Below are positions 17,694 to 30,531 of a DNA stretch of 64,000 bases, in pieces. How positions within the stretch are numbered: position 1 is the first letter of the stretch; each line of letters starts with the position of its first letter. Source of the stretch: Eledone cirrhosa (lineage: Eukaryota). Location of the stretch: positions 340,132,001 through 340,196,000 of the forward strand of contig OZ024740.1 in the NCBI GenBank assembly GCA_964016885.1, read 5' to 3'. The notes beneath the pieces are model-generated. The model made no database searches, had not been told where the DNA came from, and saw nothing but the letters and a program-made list of their open reading frames with translations. The translations under genes were made by a program, and so were the position numbers.

Positions 17694-19140
17694 TGTAACA
17701 TATATTGGGTGTGGTTGTCTTTTAGACTCCAGATATAAGCTGAAAGTGACGTCATATTCCTTCTTAGAGGGTAACAAAAAGAATGGGTATGCATGTAAAG
17801 GCGCTGCTTGAAACTATTGGCGGTTAACCCTATGTAGGCCCTACGGGACGTGGGTATTACAACCTTTCTTTTCGTTACCCTCTAAGAAGGAATATGACGT
17901 CACTTTCAGCTTATATCTGGAGTCTAAAAGACAACCACACCCAATATAAGTTACACTGGGAGATCCTAGCTAGGGCTAGATCGTATAACGGAAATAAAAG
18001 ACCATGTGACCTCTGCGCCGCTGAGGCCCTGGAGATACTCTACGCCACAGACCACATCTTAAACTAAAAATCTGAGGCAATTTCGGCTTGTAAACATAAA
18101 TTGCACAAAACTTTCCTATATTACAGCCCCACGTTATACCCTAACGGATAGTACGATCTACACGTGGATATTTTACGTCTTGATGTGGGAGCTAAGTATA
18201 TGTTTTGTTTATTCCTTTACTTATTTGCATAGGTAAGTATGTATTACCCGTTTGTTTTGTGAAGGTACGTATACCTTCTCGTACGTATATTTGATTGTTT
18301 TGGCGTATAATTTTATATATTCTGGTACATAGGGTTTGGCTATGTGTATACGGGAGTTTTGAGTCTGTGTGAGTATGCGGGTTCGTACGTATGGTGGGTG
18401 TGTGTATTTGTGTACTTCTTGTTTTAGTTGACTTACGTCTCCGAACATTCGTGTATTTATATGTGCGTATGTGTGTGCGCTTGTTATATATGTATTTATT
18501 TATTTATATACGTTTATATAATTATTTATTTATTTGTATACACGCATACACACACACACATATTTATATGTGCGTGGTTTTGTATACCTATGGTAAGGTT
18601 TTGCGTATGCTTGCGCATGTACGTATTTGTTTGCGTGTATGTGTTTATTTATTTCTATTACTTCTGTATTGTATTTATTTACTTGTTCTTAACTCTGTTG
18701 CGGAAATTCATTTGGTTTCCTAGTTAGAATTTTAGTCTACGACTTCTGCTATACCATCTACGTGGTTTTGTCTTTGCATGCTATTGTTCTCCACGCTCCA
18801 CATATGACATATTATCTTCGTTTTTTCGTTCATTGCCAGAGAACGTCTCTATGCACCACCGAGGAGAACATTAGTCTTCGATCTCTTTATACCATAAACG
18901 TGGTTCTGTCTTTGCGCGTAATTGTTTTTCACCGCTCCTATTAATGACGTTTTATTTTTTCCGTTCTTTGCCAGCGAACGTTACCACGAACCAAAGTATC
19001 GTCTTCCTGTCTTCCTCCGGTTGCAACGTTTTTTGAAATATCCAGTTCTGCGTTTACAGATTGACTTTGTTAGTTTCAGAAGATCCCGTTAAAGGTGAAA
19101 GCAGCGATTCTTTGCTTAAACTTTCATGTTATTTTAATAA
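17694..19140 (+). mobile_element. Naiad-like PLE 3' fragment with inverted 5' piece (17,694-17,866 on -)
   Basis: Matches the GIY-YIG end and 3' UTR of 30,532-31,725 and continues to a hammerhead and TA. Confidence 0.88.
19072..19122 (+). ncRNA. Hammerhead with U4A core and monomer-type stem III
   Basis: AGTTT CAGAAGA T-CC cgttaaa GG-T GAAA GCA gcgattctt TGC TT AAACT. Confidence 0.7.
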
Positions 19141-19503
19141 ATATATATATGTATATGTATATGCATATATGTATATATATATGTATATATATATGTATAT
19201 ATATATATGTATATATATATATGTATATATATGTATATATATATATGTATATATATATGTTTATATATATGTATATATATATGTATATATATATATGTAT
19301 ATATATATGTATATATATATATGTATATATATATATGTATATATATATGCGTATATATATATGTATATATATGTATATATATATATATGTATATATATAT
19401 ATGTATATATATATATATGTATATATATGTATATGTATATATATATATGTATATATATGTATATATATATATGTATATATATGTATATATATGTATATAT
19501 ATG

Positions 19504-19536
<33 letters not shown>

Positions 19537-19614
19537 GTATATATATGTATATATATATATGTATATATATATATATGTATATATATATATACATGTATAT
19601 ATATGTATATATAT

Positions 19615-19658
<44 letters not shown>

Positions 19659-19823
19659 ATATATGTATATATATATGTATATATATATGTATATATATGT
19701 ATATATATATGTATATATATATATGTATATATATATATGTATATATATATATGTATATGTATATATGTATATATATATATGTATATATGTATATATATAT
19801 ATGTATATATATGTATATATATG

Positions 19824-19956
<133 letters not shown>

Positions 19957-19991
19957 GTATATATACATATATACGTATATGTATATATATG

Positions 19992-20054
<63 letters not shown>

Positions 20055-20144
20055 GTATATATATATGTATTTATATATGTATGTATATGTATATATATAT
20101 ATATATATGTATATGTATATATATATATATGTATATGTATATAT

Positions 20145-20190
<46 letters not shown>

Positions 20191-20223
20191 GTATATATAT
20201 ATGTATGTATATGTATATATATG

Positions 20224-20254
<31 letters not shown>

Positions 20255-20267
20255 GTATATATATATG

Positions 20268-20298
<31 letters not shown>

Positions 20299-20330
20299 GT
20301 ATATATATATGTATATATATATGTATATAT

Positions 20331-20392
<62 letters not shown>

Positions 20393-20407
20393 GTATATAT
20401 ATATGTG

Positions 20408-20460
<53 letters not shown>

Positions 20461-20461
20461 G

Positions 20462-20943
20462 TACAATATTAAAAAAATGGAAAACTATATTTATAAAACC
20501 ATATTTATTTCATTATATATATTTCGGGGATATCATATTAACAATATGCCACGCCTTCATCAGACAAAATACAATATAAACAGTTTTATAGATAAATATA
20601 TTCGACATACCGTAATAAACATCAACTTCATTTGAAGAGGTTTACGCTAGCAGACTGCTAGCAGACTGCTAGCGTAAACCTCTTCAAATGAAGTTGATGT
20701 TTATTACGGTATGTCGAATATATTTATCTATAAAACTGTTTATATTGTATTTTGTCTGATGAAGGCGTGGCATATTGTTAATATGATATCCCCGAAATAT
20801 ATATAATGAAATAAATATGGTTTTATAAATATAGTTTTCCATTTATTTAATATTGTAAATATACTCCAAATATTTGTCGAGTGCTTTTATATCAGTTATA
20901 AATATTTACTAGTTGTAACCAACAATTTTAAATATAACTTTAC
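20462..20943 (+). mobile_element. Near-perfect ~195-bp-arm hairpin element with 3' extension
   Basis: 20,462-20,653 is the reverse complement of 20,666-20,857; related fragment at 35,303-35,503. Confidence 0.88.
20744..20807 (+). ncRNA. Hammerhead with long stem II (inverted copy ~20,512-20,575)
   Basis: CTGATGA A-GG..CATATT gtt AATATG..CC-C GAAA TATA TA; stem I weak. Confidence 0.7.
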
Positions 20944-20956
20944 ATATATATATATG

Positions 20957-20989
<33 letters not shown>

Positions 20990-20996
20990 GTATATA

Positions 20997-21051
<55 letters not shown>

Positions 21052-21054
21052 GTG

Positions 21055-21189
<135 letters not shown>

Positions 21190-21190
21190 G

Positions 21191-21256
<66 letters not shown>

Positions 21257-21262
<6 letters not shown>

Positions 21263-21613
21263 GTGAGGCTTTTTTTACAAAATGAAAAATAACCGAGGTG
21301 TCCTACACAACTGAAAGTATAAGGAAAAAAACATGAAATCGAAAATGCAACTGGAGTCTTATTTTTAAAAAAAATATATGTATTTATTTGGTTTCTTTAC
21401 CGGTTTCGCAGTTCTTCTGCTTTTCAAAAGTAGAGTTGAGATGGAAGGTCTGTGGTTTTTATCACAGATGTGAGAAAAACCACAGACCCTCCATCTCAAC
21501 TCTACTTTTGAAAAGCAGAAGAACTGCGAAACCGGTAAAGGAACCAAATAAATACATATATTTTTTTTTAAATAAGACTCCAGTTGCATTTTCGATTTCA
21601 TCTTTTTTTCTTT
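21257..21613. mobile_element. Hairpin element, ~133-bp arms, apex at 21,466
   Basis: 21,333-21,466 is the reverse complement of ~21,469-21,601; same family as 56,080-56,228. Confidence 0.88.
21505..21540 (+). ncRNA. Hammerhead, C3U/G8A core (inverted copy 21,395-21,430)
   Basis: CTT TTGAAAA GCAG aagaa CTGC GAAA CCGG TA AAG. Confidence 0.82.
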
Positions 21614-21649
21614 ATATATATATATATATATACATATATATGTATATAC

Positions 21650-21680
<31 letters not shown>

Positions 21681-21704
21681 TATATATGTATATACATATA
21701 TATG

Positions 21705-21742
<38 letters not shown>

Positions 21743-21745
21743 TGT

Positions 21746-22750
21746 ATCATCATCATCATCATCATCATCAACGTTTAACGTCCGTGTTCCACGCTTGCAT
21801 GGGTTTGGACGGGGGGTAGTCCCACTTGAGGCAAGAGTGATTGTCTTGCTCGCATAGGACTGTCTGGCAGGTTTTCTACAGTTGGATGCCCTTCCTAACA
21901 CCAACCACATTTACAGTGTGGGTTGGGAGGTTTTTACCGTGTTGCCTACACGGCCACATTACAGCGTGGACTGTGTGTTTTTTTGTCGTGACACCTACAC
22001 GATCTCATTTGTTTCGGCCTCGATGGCGCGGCACCAACATAACTTTACATAGAACGGGGTGGTGTGGATGGGGTGGGGGTGGTGGTGGTGGGACGGGGTG
22101 TATTTTGTTAGAGATGCCTACTGGCTGGAGTAGGTTTTACTATATATTTAGGTAAGGCGGGTCTTCTCTGTTACTGAGTACCGCCAAAGGTCTCGGTCCA
22201 GTGACATTGTCTTGGAGAGGTGTAAGTGTGTGATGTCGGAGTTTATCAGCTCGTCCCAGGTTTTTCTAGGTCTGCCTATTCCGTGACTACCGTCTATCTT
22301 TATTGCCCTGCACTTTGTTATACAGCTATCGACTTTCATGCGCATCACGTGTCCATACCAACGTAGCCTTCTCTCGAGTAAACAACATCTGATCCCTCTT
22401 ATCTCTAATTTTTTCCTTAGTTCGTTTATGCTTTGCCGTTCACGTATATTACTGTTACACATCCAGCGGAGCATGCAAGCTTCGTTCCTCTCTAGTCTGC
22501 GTATATCCTCTGCACACAATGCCTAGGTCTCACTGCCATGCAACATTGCTGTTCGTATGCAGGCATCGTACAACCTGCCTTTCATTTTTAGTGAGAACCC
22601 TTTAGCAGCTAATAGTGGTATAAGCTCTCTGAACTTTTTCCAACCAGTTCTGACTCTAGCTACAGTACTTTCAGAGCACCCTCCCCCACTGCTGATTTTA
22701 TCGCCCAGGTAACGCCCATGTATATATATATCGCCCAGGTAACGCCCATG
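21746..22750 (-). mobile_element. RTE-PHD family LINE, 5'-truncated
   Basis: RYLGD..GSET*..GRPRKTW; (GAT)n tail into TA. Confidence 0.92.
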
Positions 22751-22846
<96 letters not shown>

Positions 22847-22940
22847 CATATATATGTATATATACATATATATGTATATATATATATATACATATATATG
22901 TATATATATATATATGTGTATATATATATGTGTATATATG

Positions 22941-24963
22941 TAAAATAAATAAGTCAAATGTTTAAAATTTAGCTTCGTTTATTACTGCTATATATATTTC
23001 GGTGACAGCCATCTTTGGCTGTGACTTCTTCAGGCAGTCCGAATTAGTGTGGTATAGACAAGTACATATGTTGTTGAGGTGTATAATCTTGTCAATACTC
23101 TGATATGCCCAGTTCCTGGTTGGGTTGTTATTTCACTGAGGAACTGGAATCATATGAATTCAAACAAACGAATTTCAGTGTCAAAGGGCCTCTTCTCCTC
23201 TCATTGGTCAGTTGTTAGAACATTCCTCATTCAAAAGTCTATAGAAATTCGTTCTGAGGCAAGCCAATCTGTAGTTGTTGTTCTTGTTATTGTTAGGTAC
23301 ATCTGACCTCAATTCTTGTGTTGGTAGTGTTGTTATTGTTGGAGTTAGCTTAAAAAATTGATAAAGTGGTAGAAGGACAAGGTAGGTGGTAAAGGAACAA
23401 AATAACAAAAAAATGTCAAACTTCCCATTGGTCAGTTTTGAGAGCATTCCTCAGTCTGAAGTCTATAGAAATTCTTTCTGGGGTGAGGCTCCCTGTAGTG
23501 TTTGTGTTTGCTATTGTTAAGTACATTTGACCCCCACCCTTATTTCGGTAGTGTTGTTGGTGTTGTGGTCAGCTTATGTCTTGCTGTTGCTGACAATTTA
23601 GAAGTATCTGTGTGTGTTTTTTCATCCCTCCTGCCACCATCTCCTGTGGTGGGGGGGGATTCTTCCATGTATAAGAAGAAATATAAGGCAATAAATGAAG
23701 AAAACAGAAAATAAATAATAAATAGAGAATAAAGAATAAATGAAAAATTGGTGAAAAAGTAATGAAAATGAATATGGAGAAGTGAAAAATAAAATGAAGA
23801 TTCAAATAAAGTAGGATAAAGTGTGTGCGTGCTATAACCAATCTCAAGGTCAGAAATATGTTGGATAGATTGGTATGAGGATCAAGATGTTAAAATAATA
23901 AAAGAATAAGATAATCAAACAAAATGTGTTTGTGTTATAATCATTCTCAACTTAAAAATAAATATAAGGTGATACAGTGAAGAGAACAGAAAACAAATAA
24001 CAAATTAATAAAGAGAAATCAAGATTTAAAATTGAAAATTGAAAATCAGAAATCAAGTAAATTAAAATGTGTTTGTGTTATATAGATGTTGGCCAAATTA
24101 TAATGGCTGTGTCCGATTCAATCCTTAGGATATCATGGTGTCTGCTCAGCCTGGGTTGTTCCCTATGGCTTGAGGGGAGTTCTCAACCTAGGGTGTTGTT
24201 ACTGCCCATATAGCTTGAGGGAGCTCTGGCCGAGAGCTGTCTACATGTTCTGGATAAGTCCCTATAGCTTAAGGGGAGTTCACATCTTCTTGCGTTGCTA
24301 CTGTCCATATATCTTGAGGAAGGTCCCGGCTCTAAGGTGTCTGCATGTCCCGAAGAAGTCGGTTCTGAGGTTTATCAGGCCGCTTCCATCTCTTAGTATC
24401 TCGAGGGTCTCGTTCAGGCATAGTTTGCATATGCAAGATCCCCCTTTATCGGGTGGTACTTTCCTGATTATGTACCAGGCCAGAGAGTACGGGGTCCTGT
24501 CCAGCTTAAGTTTCCAGATCAGGTCGGAGAGAGCCGTGATTTTCCTTTTGGCCTCCTTATTGAATGAATGGAGATGGTTGTACCAGCGGTCTTTAAAGCT
24601 CGTTGATGTGGCTCCTATGTAGAGGTGTTCGGAGTTGGGGGTTTTAACCCTACAACCGTATACTAGGTTCTTCTTAAGGCATTCATTACCAAGGGGACAT
24701 GATTCGGGGTTTCTGCAGTTGCAGAGGGTGGTCGACCTCTGCGTGCCTAGATTGGGGTTCCCGTTAGGTGTTACATGGTGGTCTTCCCCCAGGCACGGTG
24801 GGGGTCCCCGGGTCTGTTTGGGTTTTTTGGGTGGGCTCTGGGTCCCCCTTCCCTCCTTTCACATGGTTCTGCTGAGTGCTTGTATTGCCATCTTCTGGTT
24901 GTGTGTGGTTTTTAAGCCTACTCCTGTTGATGCTAGCTATGTGTTGGGCCAGATTTCTCGTAT
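22941..24963 (-). mobile_element. Second Naiad-like PLE, 5'-truncated: linker, GIY-YIG and long 3' UTR
   Basis: Minus-strand translation ~24,730-24,298: CNCRNPESCPLGNEC..LVY..YIGAT..FKDRWYNH..TALSDLIW..CKLCLNE (missing from the ORF track); continuity of the UTR to 22,941 is inferred. Confidence 0.82.
22984..23038 (-). ncRNA. Type I hammerhead
   Basis: ACTGC CTGAAGA A-GTcACAGCC aaagat GGCTGTcAC-C GAAA TATATA TA GCAGT. Confidence 0.88.
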
Positions 24964-25555
24964 GTAACAAGGTCCGGTGGTGGAGAGAGAGATATGTAAG
25001 TGGTTGTACGTTGAGATGCGTGGTGTGTATAAGATGTGTGAGATGTGTAGAATGAAGGGAAGAGTAAAAGAATAAAAATAATAATAACAACACAAGAGAG
25101 AGAGTTACCTTGGGAGAGATTTAATAGTCCCTATATATTTCGGATTCACATCCATCAACTGGGGTTTTTTCCGGGGTGGGGGAAAAGGTTGTCTGTCGGA
25201 CAACTCGGAACGCGTCTTTCGTTGTCTGTTGATTTGAATATCTCTAAAGACGCGTTCCGAGTTGTCCGACAGACAACCTTTTCCCCCACCCCGGAAAAAA
25301 ACCCAGTTGATGGATGTGAATCCGAAATATATAGGGACTATTAAATCTCTCCCAAGGTAACTCTCTCTCTCTTGTGTTGTTATTATTATTTTTATTCTTT
25401 TACTCTTCCCTTCATTCTACACATCTCACACATCTTATACACACCACGCATCTCAACGTACACCCACTTACATATCTCTCTCTCCACCACCGGACCTTGT
25501 TACCCGGAGATTTACCCATTTGCATTGTCGAGGCTTCCAAACGACTTATAAATAT
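24964..25555 (+). mobile_element. Hairpin element, ~256-bp arms
   Basis: 24,964-25,219 is the reverse complement of 25,246-25,503; its hammerhead region resembles that near 9660-9720. Confidence 0.88.
25302..25336 (+). ncRNA. Hammerhead-like variant, CAGUUGA core (inverted copy 25,129-25,164)
   Basis: CC CAGTTGA T GGAT gtga ATCC GAAA TATAT A GGG. Confidence 0.62.
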
Positions 25556-25557
25556 AT

Positions 25558-26826
25558 ATTACAGAACAAATCGGAACTATTAGATATATCAACCTGAAAC
25601 TGTTGAGCTTTAAATTTTCTAACCTCTTTAATATGGAATATTGATTATTAATTTTTTAACTTTATCCTATAAGTCTAAACATTGTAACACACTGACCCCC
25701 AATATATTCACCTCTGCTAAGATGCGAGTCCCTGTGAAAATTTTGTCGCGCCACTCCTGGCCCGACTATGGTGTGACATTAATATCGACCTTCCTTCCTC
25801 TCTCTTTCTATCTTCCTTCTTGTAGCTATCAACCATTACTTTTTTACTTCTCTAAGCAAAATTTTAAAGTTCCAACTTTCTGTCGGACTGTTGGGTGGGT
25901 TTTAATGGCGGCGCAACCAGCTCCCTGGTAAACGAGCTCACCTGGAGTGCTTGGAAAAATAAATTTCCCCTTCTTTCAGTAAATGAAAATACTCGGCGTA
26001 GCTTAATTCGCCATGGGGCCCGGGGCGCGGCCGGTGTTTTAACCGCCACATAGTACCTTTAAATTACAGAACAAATCGGAACTATTATATAATTAAATGT
26101 TAAACTGTTGAACTTTAAATTTTCTAACCTCTTTAATATTGAATATTGATTATTAATTTTTTTAACTTCATCCTAGAAGTCTAAACACTGTAACACACTG
26201 ACTCCCAATATATTCACCTCTGCTAAGATGCGGGTCCCTGTGAACATTTTCTCGCGCCACTCCTGGCTTGACCGTGGTCTGACATTAATATCGACCTTTC
26301 TTCCTCTTTCTTTCTATCTTCCTTCTTGTAGCCATCAACCCTTACTTTTCTACTTCTCTCTTCCCTTCCTTCTCTTCTCCCCTCCTCCTGTCTTCCTCCC
26401 GCCGACTTATCTTCCTTCCCCCTCTTGCTTGCCTATATCTGACCGGTAGTAGTTGCCTTTCTTCTTTTAGCTGACATTAACCCTGGCTTCTCTTCTTCTT
26501 TCTTCCCCCTTCTTCTCTCTCCTTCCTTTCTTTCTTTCTTTTACCTTGTGTCATGAGATCGACGTCAGCTTATGCTCCCATCCTTTCTGTTTTCGTTTAT
26601 CTGACCGGTAGTAGCATACTATAAAATTTAGCCACGTCACTCCAGGGCGACCGGCTGTCGGGTCTCGATTTTCAGCCCCATGGATTTTACCTATTACATT
26701 CACGTATTATATTTCGAATACCTGATGATATCACCGGATTCATACGGAACCCGGTCATTGAAATGATCATAGTATAATAAACCTTTCAAGGATTTACACA
26801 AATCCAGCCTCCTGTCATTTCATTAT
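25558..26826 (+). mobile_element. PLE-like 3' region with ~295-bp direct repeat and terminal hammerhead
   Basis: 25,558-25,853 ~ 26,063-26,359; ends in TA about 50 nt after the ribozyme. Confidence 0.65.
26718..26775 (+). ncRNA. Type I hammerhead
   Basis: ATAC CTGATGA ..ACCGG..CCGGT.. GAAA TGATCA TA GTAT; palindrome AUGAUCAU. Confidence 0.88.
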
Positions 26827-26983
26827 TATATATATATATATATATATATATAATGTATGTATATATATATATATGTATGTATATATATATATGTATATAT
26901 GTATGTATATATATATATATGTATATATATATGTATATATATATATGTATATGTATATATATATGTATATGTATATATATATG

Positions 26984-27046
<63 letters not shown>

Positions 27047-27145
27047 ATATATATATATATATATATGTATACATATATATATATATACACACATATATAT
27101 ATACATACGTATATATATATATGTATATATACATATATATATGTA

Positions 27146-27195
<50 letters not shown>

Positions 27196-27277
27196 TATAT
27201 ACACATATATATATACACACACATATATATATATAGATAAGTATATATATATATGTATATATACATATATATATGTA

Positions 27278-27327
<50 letters not shown>

Positions 27328-27411
27328 CATACATATATATATACATACGTATATATATATATGTATATATACATATATATATGTATATATATATATGTAT
27401 ATATACATATA

Positions 27412-27488
<77 letters not shown>

Positions 27489-27502
27489 GTATATATATAC
27501 AC

Positions 27503-27533
<31 letters not shown>

Positions 27534-27534
27534 C

Positions 27535-27608
<74 letters not shown>

Positions 27609-27609
27609 G

Positions 27610-27760
<151 letters not shown>

Positions 27761-27781
27761 GTATGTATATATATATATATG

Positions 27782-27825
<44 letters not shown>

Positions 27826-27826
27826 C

Positions 27827-27904
<78 letters not shown>

Positions 27905-27983
27905 GTATATATACATATATATATATACATATATATATGTATATATACATATATATATATACGTATGTATATATATATGTATG

Positions 27984-28046
<63 letters not shown>

Positions 28047-28245
28047 GTATATATACATATATATATATACTTATCTATATATATATATGTGTGTGTATAT
28101 ATATATATGTGTATATATGTATATGTGTATATATATATATATATGTGTATATATATATATATATATACATATATATATGTATATATACATATATATATAT
28201 ACGTATGTATATATATATGTGTGTATATATATATATGTGTATATA

Positions 28246-28276
<31 letters not shown>

Positions 28277-28385
28277 GTGTATATATATATATATATGTAA
28301 ATATATATATATATATGTATATATATATCTATATATATGTATATATATGTATATATATGTATATATATATATGTATATATATATG

Positions 28386-28420
<35 letters not shown>

Positions 28421-28428
28421 GTATATAT

Positions 28429-28760
28429 AAACGGAAAAAATGAAATAAAATTTCATTTCCCACTCTTAGTACGGCTGTTACTTAAATATAAGTATGTATA
28501 CGTACCTACATATATGTATATAGACATACAGTAGTATGTATATATATATACATACATGCACACATATATATATGTACGTATGGATTCACCGAACATTTAT
28601 TATAATGCTCGTTGTGTTTGTAAACAAACATCCCGTATTAAGCCGTAGTGTCTAGCAACCATCGTTGCTTGTTTGTTCAACACTACCAAAGGAACGCTGT
28701 ACTAGTTTCAAGCTTATTAGTTATCGTCAGCAGAAGTGAATATTTCAAAGAACGTTGCAA
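28429..28760 (-). mobile_element. Second copy of the 1957-2411 element, hammerhead at 28,695-28,732
   Basis: Reverse complement of ~2108-2411; same 3' end. Confidence 0.85.
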
Positions 28761-28784
28761 ATATATGTATATATATATATATGT

Positions 28785-29535
<751 letters not shown>

Positions 29536-29586
29536 TATATATATATATATATATACATATATATATACATATATATATATATATAC

Positions 29587-29621
<35 letters not shown>

Positions 29622-29650
29622 CATATATATATACATATATATATATATAC

Positions 29651-29685
<35 letters not shown>

Positions 29686-29698
29686 CATATATATATAC

Positions 29699-29731
<33 letters not shown>

Positions 29732-29933
29732 CACACATATATATATACATATATATATATATACACACATATATATATATATATATACATATATATATAG
29801 TTATATTTGGGGAGGGTCATATTTGCGTAATATTGCCAGAATTAATAACAGAACACACTCACTGTTTGGTTGGTTTTCGCTTCTCGCTGTCTTTTATATA
29901 TATATATCTGCGACCTCGCAAAACTAATTCATC

Positions 29934-29989
<56 letters not shown>

Positions 29990-29990
29990 C

Positions 29991-30034
<44 letters not shown>

Positions 30035-30040
<6 letters not shown>

Positions 30041-30434
30041 ATACTTTGGGAGGGTCATGTTGCCAATAAGAAACACACGCACCAGTTACTTTCACTTCAA
30101 TTTATTATATATTTATAAATTTACAAATCTACAAACTTATAAATTTCTGGTTGGTTGGTTGGTTCCACAACCATATAGTTGTTTATATATAGTCATAGTC
30201 CTTTCGTCACACACTCTGTGACCTCTTCAGTGACTGGGGATTCCTTTCTTTGTTTCTGTGCCTTTCCTTTCTTCTGTCCTACGCCATTTTGTTTCTGTGT
30301 GTGTGTTGTGTGCTCAGTTTGCGCATGCGCCACATCCGGGTGTCTGTGTGTGTTTGTGTTCATTTATTTATTTATTTATTTATGTTCATTTACTTATAAA
30401 CAAATAAACAAATAAACAAATAGATAAATGAACA

Positions 30435-30465
<31 letters not shown>

Positions 30466-30531
30466 ATGAACACAAACACACACAGACACCCGGATGTGGC
30501 GCATGCGCAAACTGAGCACACAACACACACA
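30035..30531 (-). mobile_element. Non-coding fold-back element with GCGCATGCGC and AAAATGGCG motifs
   Basis: ~30,300-30,392 is the reverse complement of ~30,425-30,530; hammerhead downstream on -. Confidence 0.78.
30191..30235 (-). ncRNA. Type I hammerhead
   Basis: AGTCA CTGAAGA G GTCACA gagtg TGTGAC GAAA GGAC TA TGACT. Confidence 0.82.
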
